DNA of 64,000 bases from the human T2T-CHM13v2.0 reference genome, Homo sapiens. The first letter of the stretch is position 1. The number at the start of each line of letters is the position of its first letter. Where the stretch lies: assembly GCF_009914755.1 (NCBI RefSeq), contig NC_060940.1. One strand, given 5' to 3'. Positions 15,950 through 29,772 of the stretch are shown in pieces. A program made the position numbers and the translations under genes. The notes beneath the pieces were generated by a model. The model searched no databases and was not told the DNA's origin. It worked only from the letters and a program-made list of their open reading frames with translations.

Positions 15950-15963
15950 CCAGCAGATGGCGC
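15950..15963 (+). promoter_or_regulatory. Candidate CTCF site
   Basis: CCAGCAGATGGCGC matches the core CCASYAGRKGGCRS. Confidence 0.5.
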
Positions 15964-16249
15964 CCTCGGCCTGGGAAGGGAAGGGCTTGGCTGGGAGGAG
16001 GGCTGGTGATGGAGGAAGCCCTCCCTGCCTGTTGGCGGTCTCTGCTCTCTGGCCCCGTTCACTTCTGCACAGGTGGGTGGAATGCCTCATGCTGCAGAGC
16101 TATAGGCAAAGTCAGAGGGGGTGCTTTCTATGTCCTTGGCCTCAGGGTCCCCCTCCCAGCGATGGGCAAACAGGGACTGATAAGCAGTTGAGTCCTGTGC
16201 TAGCACAGTGCCACAGAAAAGATGGTCCTGGTAGATTTCCTTGGGGTTT

Positions 16250-16325
16250 GCCTCCCCACTTTACAGATGGGGAAACTGAAGCCCAGAGAGGTTGAGTGAC
16301 TTGCCTAAGGTCACACAGCTGGGAG
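16250..16325 (-). mobile_element. MIR SINE
   Basis: ccactttacagatggggaaactgaagcccagagaggttgagtgacttgcctaaggtcacacagct. Confidence 0.85.
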
Positions 16326-18834
16326 GAGCAGGCCAGGCCTGTTGTTTCCGCCTTGCGGCGCAGCTGGAAGACCCTCCTGGTGGCTGCCAGCCCATGCTGA
16401 GCATTGCTTTCTGAACTGTTTGAGCACCTGACTTGAATCTCCCCACTTGTTACAACGGGTACTGCTGCAGAAGGGGAAACTGAGGTAGGAGGACTTCAGG
16501 AAGGTGCCCCAGGAGCCTCAGAGCTGGTACGCACTGGACCAGGAAGTCTGGCTTACAGCTTGGCCAGGTCAGCGATTTGTTCACCCAGCGGTTTTCTGAG
16601 CACCGCCTGTGTACACTGCCTGCTGCCCCAGTGTATATTGGGTGAATGAAATGAATGGAATCGGCTCCTAAGTCACTGAGCAGGTTCAGCCAAGGCAGGG
16701 CCTCAGGGAGCAATATTAAGGATGTTTAATCCCGAAAGGGCCCGGGTTCGGGGTGACCTCCCCGTGATGACCATGAGGGGCTAGTAGAGGCAAGTGGCCG
16801 GGAAGGGCGTGGAGGATGCTTCGGTGGCGGGAGACAGGATGGACCCACCACGCTGCTCTCAGCGTGGGCCAGGGCAGGGGCCGGGGACGTGTGTGGGGTG
16901 GGACCTCGCTCGTGGCCCAGCAGCAGGATGTCACCCAGAACTCCTTAGAGATGTGCTCTCGGCCCCACCCAGGCCCCCTGACTCAGGAGCTTCCCACCAG
17001 GGCTCTGAAAAGCAGGTGTCCTCAGACTCCTGTGCACGCTCAAGTTAGAGAACCCCCAAGGCCGGGCTCTGGAGAAGGTGCTGGGCAGCGTGGGTGGGCA
17101 GGAGGGGACCGTGCAGCCGGGCCAGGCCTGGGGGCTTTGTTCTGAGAGCAGGGGGACCCTGAGGGTTTCAGGTTGCAGGATGAGAGGATCGGATGGCATC
17201 TTCAAAGTCCCTAACAGCTGCTCCAGAATGGATTGAATCTGGGGAAAGAGCTGGGGGAGGGGTGTAGGGGACACCTGGCCCATCAGAGGCCCCTGAGACC
17301 CCACGGCCAGCCTGTGGAGTGGGGAGAAATAGAGGCGAGACTGGGCAGGTGAGGTGGCGGTGGGGGTGGGGCACTGTAAGGCCTGCCCAAGGAGGGAAGG
17401 AGATTTCCTTCTGGGGTTCTGGCCAGTGCCTCCAGACGGGCCCAGGCTGGGTCATTTTTTTTGCATGTGAGAGTTGGGGTGCCTTGGAGCCCTCCACAGG
17501 AGCCCTGAAGGAGAGAATGGGGTTCCAGGGTCTGTCAGTGCCAGAACCCACCCCTGAAAGGCGGAAGAGGCTGAGCTGCCGGTCTGGTGGGGCCTGTCCC
17601 TTGGGCGGCTGGTGGGCACAGGGCAAGCCTGTACTGCTCAGATGTGTATGCGAGTCACCTGGGGCCAGGCCTGGGATTCCGGATTTCTAAAAAACTCCGG
17701 TGTTGCCTGTGATGCTGGGTCAGGGCATCACTCTGAAGCCCTCCCGCCTACCCACAGGTGCCTCATCCAGCCCAACTTCCACCCCACCTGGAAGAGCCCC
17801 TGGGCTGCAGCTGGGCAGCCTGGAAGCGGTGGGTATGTGGCGGTCTGCTGGGGACTCCTCACCCCTACAAAGCATCTCCTCTTTGCTTTATGTCCATTTC
17901 CAACAGCTGAGGCCTGCTTCTCCGTTGCCCCTGCCTTCGAGCTGTGTCTGGGCCAGCCCTCAGCCTCTGTGCCATCCATGCCTGTGGCAGACCCCAGGCC
18001 GGCCCCAGGACACCAGCTGCTGCTGGGCCTCTGCCTGGGACTGGCCTGTGGATTCCTCCTGGCCTCCACCTCGGGGCTCCTTCCTGCTGGGGTCAGCGGG
18101 TCCCTAGAGCCCATGGGTGCGCACAGAGGGGAATGGGTGGGAAAGCAGGCTTCACGACTCCATTGAGAGCAGTCACAATATTGGCGGCATGTGTCCCAAC
18201 CGTATCGTCCATTTGAACCTCACGGCTGTCCCGCGAGGAAGGTCACGGGCATGGCCCCGTTTTACAGATGAGAAGATGGAGGAGAGGGGTCCATGTCCCT
18301 GGCTGAAGTCCGGGGTCTGAATTCAAGCTGGTGAGGCCCCCCTGGACTCACCCTCCTGCAGCGTCAGGGGGCGGGGGTGCTGTCCTCTGACCCAGGCCCT
18401 TTGCAGAGTGTGACCTGAGACCCTCTCTTCTTGCTCCTGAGTAGTGAGGCCACACTGGCGGGAGCCCTGGAGGTCCCTCTCCACACATGCCTGAAGCAAG
18501 GTGCTCTGAGCACCCTTACTGAGCAGTGCTTTGCTTCTCTGTTTTTGTCTGTGTTTGCCTGTTTTTCATTAGGTTTTTGAGAAAGAAGACACTGTATTTA
18601 ATAATACAGGTTTTAAAAAAATCATTTGAGCCTGGTCAGACTCTATGATCCTGAATTCACAAGGTTTGTTTTTGGTTTTGTTTGTTTACCCCAGATTTTT
18701 CAGGGGTATATTTTTACCCCAGATATTTTTCTGTTAGCCTCATAGTCTTCATAAGCACAGTTAAAAATCCCAAACCAATTCTGATACAAGTAAGTGTCTT
18801 GAATTATCAGTAAGAATAATTTAGCAGAGACCTT

Positions 18835-19248
18835 CCTGTCCAAAGTATTTGCCAGTTGTTTATTTCTCAAGAGAAACTATTTCTTAACTCACATATTCAT
18901 GTTTCATAGTTCAGGAACATAGGTCAGCGACAAACTTTTAGGTCAACCCAAGAAGATTATCTATATTCCAAAATCACCTTGCACTCTGAAAGATACCAGC
19001 CTTCCTCATCTCCTCAAAATCCTTCACGGAATCCTAATTGCTGTAGAAATCTGCGAATGACTCTTTCTTGGTTCAGCCACAGCAGACTTACAGAGAGCTG
19101 CAGCCCCCAGAGAGACAGTGAATGCTCAGTACGGGAAATTGCAGACGTTGGCCAGAAGGCCACGCATCTGAGGTTTTGTCAAAGCACTGGAAGCTTTGGC
19201 GGTTATCGTCCTTGATAGGGACATCAACCTCAACACCAGTGTCCTTCC
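18835..19248 (-). pseudogene. COX6CP16: Processed pseudogene of cytochrome c oxidase subunit 6C (may extend to ~18545)
   Basis: Minus strand reads [66 protein letters not shown]. CDS-equivalent 18974-19197 is intronless, ATG is replaced by AAA, with frameshifts and an internal TAG. COX6C-like 5' and 3' UTRs, AATAAA at 18859-18864. The paralog number is from recall. Confidence 0.93.
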
Positions 19249-19484
19249 CAGCTGATGGAGAAATGCCCAGATTTTTTAAAAATGCAAACGACATAAAATA
19301 ACGATGTGGTAACTTTCAGGGCTACAGGGCGATAAAATAGTGGGGAGGGGGGAGGAGGATGCTTCAGGCCAAGGCCCCAGGGAGAAAGCGTATTTTCCTG
19401 TGTACTCTACGGGTTCTATTCTCAGTCCTGAAATACCTTCTACCATGCAAGCCCGCTACAAGCTCATTTAAGGTAGTGCCATGG

Positions 19485-19791
19485 GGCTGTGTGTGGTGGC
19501 TCATGCCTGTAATCCCAGTACTCTGGGAGGCCAAGGCAGCGGATCACTTGAGCCCAGGAGTCTGAGACCAGTCTGGGCATTATAGCAAGACCCTGTCTCT
19601 ACAAAAAGTACAAAAATTAGCCAGGCATGGTGATGTGTGCCTGTGTTCCCAGCCACTCAAGGGGGGATCACTTGAGCCCAGGAGGTGGAGGTTGCAGTGA
19701 GTCAAGATCGCACCACTGCACTCCAGCCTGGGTGGCAGAGCAAGACCCTGTTTCAATCAATCAATCAGTCAGTCAATCAATCAATCAATCA
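19485..19791 (+). mobile_element. Alu (AluJ-like) with (TCAA)n tail
   Basis: ggatcacttgagcccaggag; tail tcaatcaatc... Confidence 0.92.
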
Positions 19792-20453
19792 AACAGTGAT
19801 GTAGCTCTGTGGGTCAGAGCTCAGTTTCCTCCCTGTGAAATGGTGCTGCCCGGCCTGCTCCATGGGGCCTCCTGAGCACCTGAGCCCGTAAGCCTTGTGT
19901 CATTATGGGAGGCGGTGTTTTCTCAACTCCAACTTCTCTGTCTTCACTTGAATTCTCAGGACTGTCTGTCCCTCCCCTGCCTGAGTGAGGATCTGTGTTT
20001 CAAGAGCCGCCCATTTCCCGGTGGAAGGAACGCCATCTCAGAGCAAACTCCGGCGGCGTCATTAGCCGGGGAGATGGCAGCTCATTAAGTGTGAGCGGTG
20101 ACTCCAGGGTTTATCAGTGAAATTACTCAGTTCTCCCCACACACAGAGCTGAGGGGGAAATTGAGCCTTGCTGAGGCTCCAGAAAGTTCTCCTTTCACCC
20201 AAAGGTTGCTGAGGGCTGCAGTTCTGTTGGCAACACGCCCAGCGCTCGGAAGGTCTGCAGCACTCTCTCCAGAGTGCATGCTGTTTCGGAGCAGATGGAA
20301 CTGGCCCTTGGAGACCCAGCTTCCCAGCAGGCGGTGCTTAAGATGGTAGGAAGGCCCTGGCCCAGGAGTCGGAGGTTTTGGGAAAAGTACACCCGGCCCC
20401 TGCTTTCCATTGGCCAGGTGACCTTGAGTAAGGCCTCTACCAGTCCAGGGTGA

Positions 20454-21077
<624 letters not shown>

Positions 21078-22180
21078 TGAATTGGAACCAGGTCCTGGCG
21101 TTGCCTGCCCAGGTCTTCCCATCTGGGTTTGCTCCAGTGCCTGGGCCGGTCAGAGCTGCCTCTGCCGCCCCATGTCTCTGATGGGTTGCGGGGAAGTTTG
21201 AGATGAACGGCTCTCCCTGCTCTAAAGTCACTTCAGCAGGGACCCAAAATTGTCAAGAAGCAAATGAACCCACGATGCAAACGGCCTCTCTCAGCATCAC
21301 CTCCACAAAGCCTTAGAGCTGGACATGATCTTCCAGGCTGTCAGTTCTGAACCTTTACTGGGGAGGACATCCGAGGCCTGCAGAAGCCCTGTGGCTTGTC
21401 CCAGGTCCCAATTAGCTGGGGACACAAGAGGCCCTCTTGACAGCAGGCAGGTGACGGCTCCTCTGAGAACAGCACTCTGGATGGTGACGTTCACACCCTC
21501 CAAGCCCCGGCCACCAGCAGCTCCAAGCAGTTCCAGGCACGAGTTAATTAACCCTCACAGCAGCTCTCCAAAGGAGATAATTATTACTCATATCCCCTCT
21601 GTAGGTGGCTAAACCGAGGCCCACAGGGATGGGGTGAGTGTCTTAAATGCCAGATGAGAAGTTACCTTGCATCGGAGCGCCGTCTAACCTGCCTCTTAAT
21701 TAGTTGGGGCTAAGAGGCCCCAGTGACTTTCAAGGATTCCATTTTTGTTATTTTCCTCTAAAAACGATATGCAATGCTCCAGAAAGAGAAAACCCTAGAA
21801 GAATGTAAAACTCAAGTTCCCTCCTACCTGGTCACCGTGGGCAAAACCAAGGTGCATGGACGTGGTTTTCAGGGTGTCAGCCCACTTCAGGTTATAGGTG
21901 GTGTCCAGTGATGGGGTGGGAGGATGGAGAGCATGTGCACGGGGTTAGTGTTGCTTCCAAGCTTATCATTGCCACTCTTGATTTCAGGAGCTCTGGAAGC
22001 AAAGCGGAATAGATTCACGTTATCTGAGCAGGACACGCCCACCACAGCATGCCAGCATTATTTTGCCAGAAACCTCACAGTCCCCAGGTTTGCCACCCAC
22101 ATGCAGAGCCCTGTGTAGGGTCTTAGATGGCACAGATGGTGCCGGGTGCCACAGCCGGGGTTATCCTGTGAGTTGCTATG

Positions 22181-22484
<304 letters not shown>

Positions 22485-22959
22485 GGGTTGCTGTGTTTTC
22501 ATGACTGCTTTAGATCAATTTGCCACCGACCTGCCTCTCACTGGGGTAGACTGACTTCAAAGCTTTTTTCTCCTCCAGGTTTCTGAAAGTTGTTTTTTGC
22601 TGAAAGCCCGGTTCAGAGTTCTCATGTGTGTTTTGGGGACCCAGGGCATTTACCGAACCCGGTGAGGGCTGGAAATTCCAGTCTCAGAAAGTCAGAGTCG
22701 CAGAGGATCGGGGAAACGTTCAGGCATCCTGGACTGTTTGGTGACGAGGTCACAGAGCCCCCGGAGGATCAGGAGCTGCTCGTTAAAAGCTGGGGACACT
22801 CAGAGGCTCTTGTTTTTCCTTGGAGGATTTTTATGAATTATGATTTCCTTTATTTCTGTCCATAATTTTGTGCTTTTGCTATACCAGGATTTTAGTCGAG
22901 ATTCAATGTTATCACCTGCCTTGAAGTCTTGTCTCTTGACAAATTTGCATAATTCTGTG

Positions 22960-23385
22960 TTGTATTAATTATCTAGTGCTGCATAACGAATCACTCCCAA
23001 ACCTTGTGGCTTACAACCACAGTCATCACTGATGATCTTTTACAGTTTCTGTGGGTCAGGATTCCAGGGGTGGCGCCACCAGGCACTTCTGCCTTGGGGT
23101 TTCTCTCGGAGTTGGAGTTGGACATCAGCTGGGGCTGGAGTCACCTGCAGGCTGGCCTGGGGTCGGGCAGGGGGATCTGCTTCCAAGGCTCTGCTTCAGA
23201 GGCGGCTCCCTCCCACGGTAGGCGCATGGTTTCCTGTCTCCAAAGTGGGCCTCTGCACAAGGCTGCTTGGATGACCTCATGATATGGTGGCTGCTGACCA
23301 GGGTAGAGGCTGGAACCCCTTGGATGGCCCAACCTGGGAGGTACTAGCCATGCCTCTGCCATTGGGCCCAGCCACACAGGTTCCT
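22960..23385 (-). mobile_element. MLT1-family MaLR solo LTR
   Basis: tgtattaattatctagtgctgcataac...cagtttctgtgggtcagga...tctgcttccaag...ggctgcttg..cctcatgatatggtggctg. Confidence 0.8.
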
Positions 23386-23643
23386 GCCCTCTTCTCCGCT
23401 GCCCTTGTGCCTCCCGTGTCCTCGCTGCGTCCTAACCAAATGCTGGACTGGCAGAGACTGAAAACGCCCCACGGGGCCCCTGTGGCTTGCTCACTCGGGC
23501 TCTCCGGAGAGTGGGTGCCAACCCCCTGCGCCCTGAGCATCTTGGCTCTGCTTGGCTTGCAGCTGGATCCCCTTTTTGGACTTTGGGGCTGCACACGCAC
23601 CTTGTTCTGGAGCGAATGGGCTCGTGAGAGCCGCAGGCCCTGA
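23284..23643 (+). CDS. LINC00311: Dubious 119-aa ORF of lncRNA LINC00311 (formerly TMEM148); probably non-coding
   Basis: ORF MVAADQGRGWNPLDG...ARESRRP, 119 aa, with a hydrophobic stretch. It matches my recollection of the putative LINC00311 product and fits its position relative to MIR5093. Transcript ends cannot be determined from sequence. Confidence 0.55.
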   Translation: MVAADQGRGWNPLDGPTWEVLAMPLPLGPATQVPALFSAALVPPVSSLRPNQMLDWQRLKTPHGAPVACSLGLSGEWVPTPCALSILALLGLQLDPLFGLWGCTRTLFWSEWARESRRP

Positions 23644-23859
23644 GGCATGGCCTAACTCAGGCAGAGTAGTTGGCGAAGGCCCCAGAGGGACCCAGGCTAT
23701 CGTCCTGCAGCTGCCGGTGAGTGGGCTGGGCTGGTGGCGTCCTCAGTACTCTCCCTGGGATGGGCTGTGGACCCCAGCAGGCGGGGTTTGATGCACGCTG
23801 CAACCTTGTCCAGCCACAGCCCAAGGAAGGGCGCTGAATTGAACGTGGGGTAAAACAGT

Positions 23860-24090
23860 ATTTATGGCTGTTGATTCTGCTGGGCCTGTTCTCAGTGCTT
23901 CATAAGTGTATTAGCTCATTCAGCCCTCAAACAGCCCCTTAGGGGTAGAGACCATTATTATACCCATTTTATGGATGAGGAAACTGAGGCCCAGAAAAGC
24001 TGAGGCTGCACAGCTAGGAAATGCTGGAGCTGGGCTTTAATCTCAGGCCGTCTGGCTCCAGCATCCATGCTTTTATCCGCTCCACCACGT
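23860..24090 (-). mobile_element. MIR SINE
   Basis: cccattttatggatgaggaaactgaggcccaga...tctggctccagcatccatgct. Confidence 0.85.
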
Positions 24091-24299
24091 CTCCCTCCTG
24101 CCCACATGTCCTCAGGCCCATCTCTTTGCCTTTCTGGGCCTCAGTTTCCTCTTGTGAGTAAGATGGGGGCGGGGAGGGAGGCAGGCTGCATGGCCTCCAC
24201 AGTCCCTCCCAGCAATTAAATGCATGCCCGTGGCTGTGGCATGCGTGAGGACAGCTGCCTGCCAGCCTTCAGAGGCCAGTTGTTCAGCTTTCAAGATGC

Positions 24300-24620
24300 C
24301 CCCGGCCCAGGAGAAGGCCCGGCGGGTCGGGAGGCCGGGAGAATTGAGAATCTGCCCGGCGGGTCGTGCTTTAGCTGTCGCTGTAGGGCGACTCTTGGCG
24401 TGTAATCACAGCATGTGGCGCGAGGACAAAGAACATGACAGCAGAGAAGGATCAGACAGGGAGAAGGCGGGAGAGGGCAGAGCAGGCCGAGGGAAAGAGA
24501 GAGAGGTCTCCCGGCGGGGGCCGGGCGCGAGAGCCTCTGCTTCCATCTGCTCGGCGAGGACTCTGGGAGGTGCCAGGTGAGACCTGCCTCCCTGCCCTGC
24601 GCTCAGCCTCTGTCCCAGAA
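24300..24620. promoter_or_regulatory. CpG-enriched unique segment
   Basis: Visibly elevated CG density; not quantified. Confidence 0.3.
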
Positions 24621-25099
24621 ACCTGAGCTCCAAGCGGCACAAACTCCCCAGGCCCCCAGGACTCTGTTATTACAGCACAAAGCCCTGGATTTTCATGTCC
24701 ACCAATTAAGGGATTTGCTGGGTTGACGATTCTCGGGAACTCGGTGCAGATGCTGTATTCGAGCCAGCGAGGGGGTGGTGAGAACCTGCTAACTGGATAT
24801 TAAACGCCCGCTGCTGGGAGAGTCGTGGTCCACAGTAGGATGTGATCATTCAGGATGGAGGGATCGTGGGGAAAATGGTGGCTCATGGAATACTAAGGGG
24901 AAGGCTGTCAGGTGCGGGCGGGGCTGGCACACACAGCTCACCTTCAGCTGAGGAAGCTGCCTGCTCCGCTGCCGTCCTGGCAGTCAGTGACAGGTATTGC
25001 TGAGATGTCAGCTCAAGGGTGTCTGGGCTCTTTTTTGGTATTAGAGTAGGTCTGTAATCACAGACCAGAATTTGAACTTAAAAATTAATAAACCTAGAG

Positions 25100-25425
25100 G
25101 GGACAATGGAAATAGAAAATCGCCGCTTACAAATAGCACTGTGGTCATCGTTTCAGGCAAAACCATCAACGGATGCTGACATCAGCGAGCAAAAGTGTGA
25201 TGAAGAACGGCGATTTGCATCGTTTCAAAGTATCTCTCCATGAGATACTTACTAATTTCAAAGGGGACAATGGCCAGGTGAAGCCTGGCAGATGTCACTT
25301 ACACTGAGTGATCCATGTTGCCATCTCCAGGGTGACACGGTGTGCCTGTGACATGAAGCGCCAAGGGGAACCCAATGTCATTTCTGGGGTTCTTCCTGCC
25401 CCAAACAGTCCATTTGGTTAAACTC
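25100..25425 (+). mobile_element. Ancient L1MC-like 3' UTR fragment
   Basis: tcaaagtatctctcc...atacttactaatttcaaagggga...agcctggcagatgtcactta. Confidence 0.6.
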
Positions 25426-25482
25426 ACGAGAGTGTGTGCTTCTCGATGTAGCTGATTCTGTATGGGTGGGGATTTGGACCAG

Positions 25483-25980
<498 letters not shown>

Positions 25981-27544
25981 ATCCAAAACACCTTCCGCCT
26001 CCCAGAGCTTGTGGCTTTGATGCCATTTGTCTGAACATCACAAGGAACCACGTGGGAAAACAGGACTTCGTGGCGTGCCCTGGCAGACAAGCCAAAGCAA
26101 CTGTGGGCATCAGGCTGTGGGGGTGAGTGAGGCCCACTATCTTGGGCACTGGGCGGTCCCCCAGAAAAGATGGAGGGGCTGGTGTCTGGGCCTGGCACAG
26201 GGCGGGATGTCCCCTCATCTGGCCTGCAGCCCCTCCCCGGTCCCGAGCTGCTGAGTTTACAGCCCAGGGCGCATGTGTGCCTCTTGCCCAGCCAGGAGGT
26301 CAGCAGACTGGGCGGTGATGAACAAGTGCCAGCAAAGGGCCCCGTGCTCCGAGCATGTTAGCGGGAGGAGGACACAGTGGCCACTTGATATTTTCCAATA
26401 CGGGGTTCAGGCGGGTCGGCCCACGGGCTGGCAGAGGCTCTCCGTGTCCTTGCCAAGTGACTCATTCCAGATGGGAACATTTATTCGAGGGAATGTATGA
26501 CAACTCAGCTGTGACAAATAAAAAGGGGGTGTCTGTGTCTTTGTGCCCGGCTGGTGCCTCATCTCCCCTCAAATTGCTGCCGCAGTCCGTGTTACTGAAT
26601 CAAGGACTTGGTGAGCCTGGTGTCCGTTCAAAGGATGGTCTTCCAAATGTCCGTTCCCACATGGGGAGACTTCCATGTTAACAATAGGTTATTGTAGTGC
26701 GGCTGGCCCGGAGGACTGGGGACTGTGAAAATAAATTAAGAGTGGGCCGGTCGGAGCTGCAACAGTCATCGTGGGCAGCTCTTGGGCTTGCCAGAAATTA
26801 TTTGGCGCTGCGGTTTACGCATCTATTAGTCCAATTGCCCAACAGCTTCAGACTGGGTTGGGATTTTTTTTTTTTTTTTGAAAGATGAAAGATTTGGGGG
26901 CTGTTTGAACATCTGCTCTGGTATCACTTGGGAAGTTTAAAGTCAGACGAGTTCGTATGATCAGCGAGTGGGATGTTTTCTTCCCTGTGTAGGGATTAAA
27001 AACAAAATAGTGAGAAAACGCAGTTTTTTTCGTTGTCCCATAGTATGGGCTCCGTGGGCTAGGGCCGGGTCGGAAGCAGCTCTGGTGGAAGAGAAGCCTT
27101 TGCAAAATGTGCTTCCACCCTGGAAAGCGCCGGGGGCCGCGGGCTCCAGCGGGTCACTCTGCCCGCCCCGGGTGCCGCCCGCCACAGCTGGACTCTTGTT
27201 TCTCCAGCGCCTCTGGCCTCCCTGCATGTCTCCGGGGACGGGGACTGAGCTGGCGGCGGCAGATGAGTGTTCTGCGGTGTCACTGAGAACTCTGGCTCAT
27301 GCACGAGGCCAGCTGGAGGCGAGTGCCGGGGTCTGTTTGAGACAGATGGCTCTGTCAGATCTGGCTCCTGGAAACTGTGCAAGACGTGCACCACTTGGTG
27401 GGGCTTGGAGGCCTGAGCTCCCAGGGTGGCCTTTCGGGCTGACGCATGGGGCCGGAGCAAGCTGGGGAGTGGGGGACTTGCTGCCTGCCCATCCCCCTGC
27501 ACCAGCCACCCCAGGGTTTTGTGGGACCTCATGGGAGACCTCAA

Positions 27545-28090
27545 AGTGAAACAGCCGTGCATGTCCCTACGGTGACTGACAAGGCAGTAATGATCCACCC
27601 ACACCCCCGCCTCTGGCTTCATCTCCTCCACGCACCCGCTCTGTTCTGCCCCTGCTGGCCTTCTTGCTGTTCCTTGATTGCACCAGCCACGCCGCTGCCT
27701 CAGGGCCTTTGTACCCGCTGCCCCCTCTGCCTGGAATGCTTTCCTCCTGATTTCCACACGGCTCCTCCCTCGCTTCCTTCGGCCTTTCCATATTGGTCAC
27801 TTTCTCTGTGGGGTCTTTCCTGACCACCCTTTCTAAAACTCCAGCCCCAGACTTGACAGTCCTGACCACACCCCCCGATGCCATTTTCCTCCTTGGCATG
27901 TGTTACCAGCACTGGCTGGTGAGTTACTTACTGACCTTGTACCTCTTGTCTCCTGCCCTCACCCCTGCTGAAGCCTAAAGGAGCCGCAGGAGCTCCATGG
28001 CTGGTCTGTTTTGTTCACAGCGGCATCCCTAGGACCCAGAATAATGCCTGCGCACAGTAGGCACGGAAGTATTTGTGGAAGGAAGAAATG
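27545..28090 (+). mobile_element. L2a 3' region
   Basis: cctcagggcctttgtac..ccctctgcctggaatgct...tgttttgttcac...cacagtaggcac. Confidence 0.85.
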
Positions 28091-28100
28091 GAGATCATCA

Positions 28101-28455
<355 letters not shown>

Positions 28456-29611
28456 TTAAAAAATAATTAGAGAGGCACTGACCCTGAAGTCACTCTGGGG
28501 TGCCAGAGCTGGAGGAACTCGTAGGACAATACAGCCAACCTGGGCAGATGGGCAAAGAGACCCAGGGCATAGAAGCCACCTGCCCAGGGCGGTGCAGTTA
28601 ATTGGAAGCAGAGCTGCCTCTTAGCCTGGGCTGACCCATGGGGGCACTGGGGAGGTGGAATGTGACAACCTGTTGAGAGCCCGCTGTGTGTGGCAGTGCC
28701 ATGCCCAGCTGGGGTCAGAAAAGTTTCAAAGAAGCCTCTGATCTGAAGGAGCCTCCCTTCTGTGGGGAGACACCCCTGCCACTGAGGACAGCAGAGGTCA
28801 GGATGCAGTCTATTCTGTCCTGGGGGCTGGGGTGCATAGAGGAAGAAGCAAAACTCACATGGGGTCCAGGCAGGCTTCCTGGGAGAGGCGGCATTTGTGC
28901 TGGGTCATTGGAATCTGGGGGTGGGGGGCATTTCAGCCCCAGCAAATCTTGGAGGTGGGGAGGGTGGAGCTGTCAGCATCTGCAGGAGGCACCCACCCTG
29001 AGAGAGAGGGAGTGGGGGTAAAATTCAGTCCCCTCTTTGCCAACTGAGACAGGAGGCCCAGCCTGGGCTCTATGGGCCTGAGAAATGGTGTGCCTAGCAC
29101 TAGGACACTGCAGGGAGGGGAGGTCAGCGAGAAAACAATGGTGTCAGGCTCTCCTGAGCCTCGGCCACCTTCCTCACCTCCACCTGCCAGGTCTGTGGGG
29201 CAGCAGCTCTCACCACCTACCTCTGAATGATCAGATCCTGGGCTCAAGGTTCATTTTATCTTCAAATAATCTTTGGCACAGCCCTGAGTTTCCGGCAGGG
29301 TGTCACCTTGACCCCTTCTGCTTGCAAAGCTCATATACAAACAGGCATGACCTGCTACATGGGAGGGTCCCTGGAGTCCTCCCTGCAGTCCCAGAGGCTC
29401 TTGTGAGTTCATCCTCCCGCCATTGGCCTCCCCTCCAATGCTGGGGTTTTTTCCCAGGCCCGAGAGGCTGGCTTTGTCAGTGAAAGAAGCAGCTGCCCCA
29501 CAAGGACTCACCTGTACTGTGGCCACCCGTGTCCAGCTCAGCTCCCCTGCCCCTGACACACTCGTGTCCAGGCCTTGCTTCGTGTCCCCTAAGTGACACA
29601 TATGTGGTGCC

Positions 29612-29772
29612 AGGCCTCTCAAACCAATGTGTGTGAACCCTCTGGGAGCCTTGTGGAAATGCCGTTTCCCATTCTGCAGGTCTGGGATGAGGCCTAGGAC
29701 TCTGCATTCTCACTGGCTCCCAGGGAAGGCCAATGTGCTGGGCCACAGACCACACTTTGAGAACCATGGAGC
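29612..29772. mobile_element. MER5A
   Basis: ggtctgggatgaggcctaggactctgcattc...gaccacactttgagaacc. Confidence 0.8.

Noticed and set aside
18974-19197. Functional COX6C retrogene
   Set aside because: Start codon lost, several frameshifts and an internal stop
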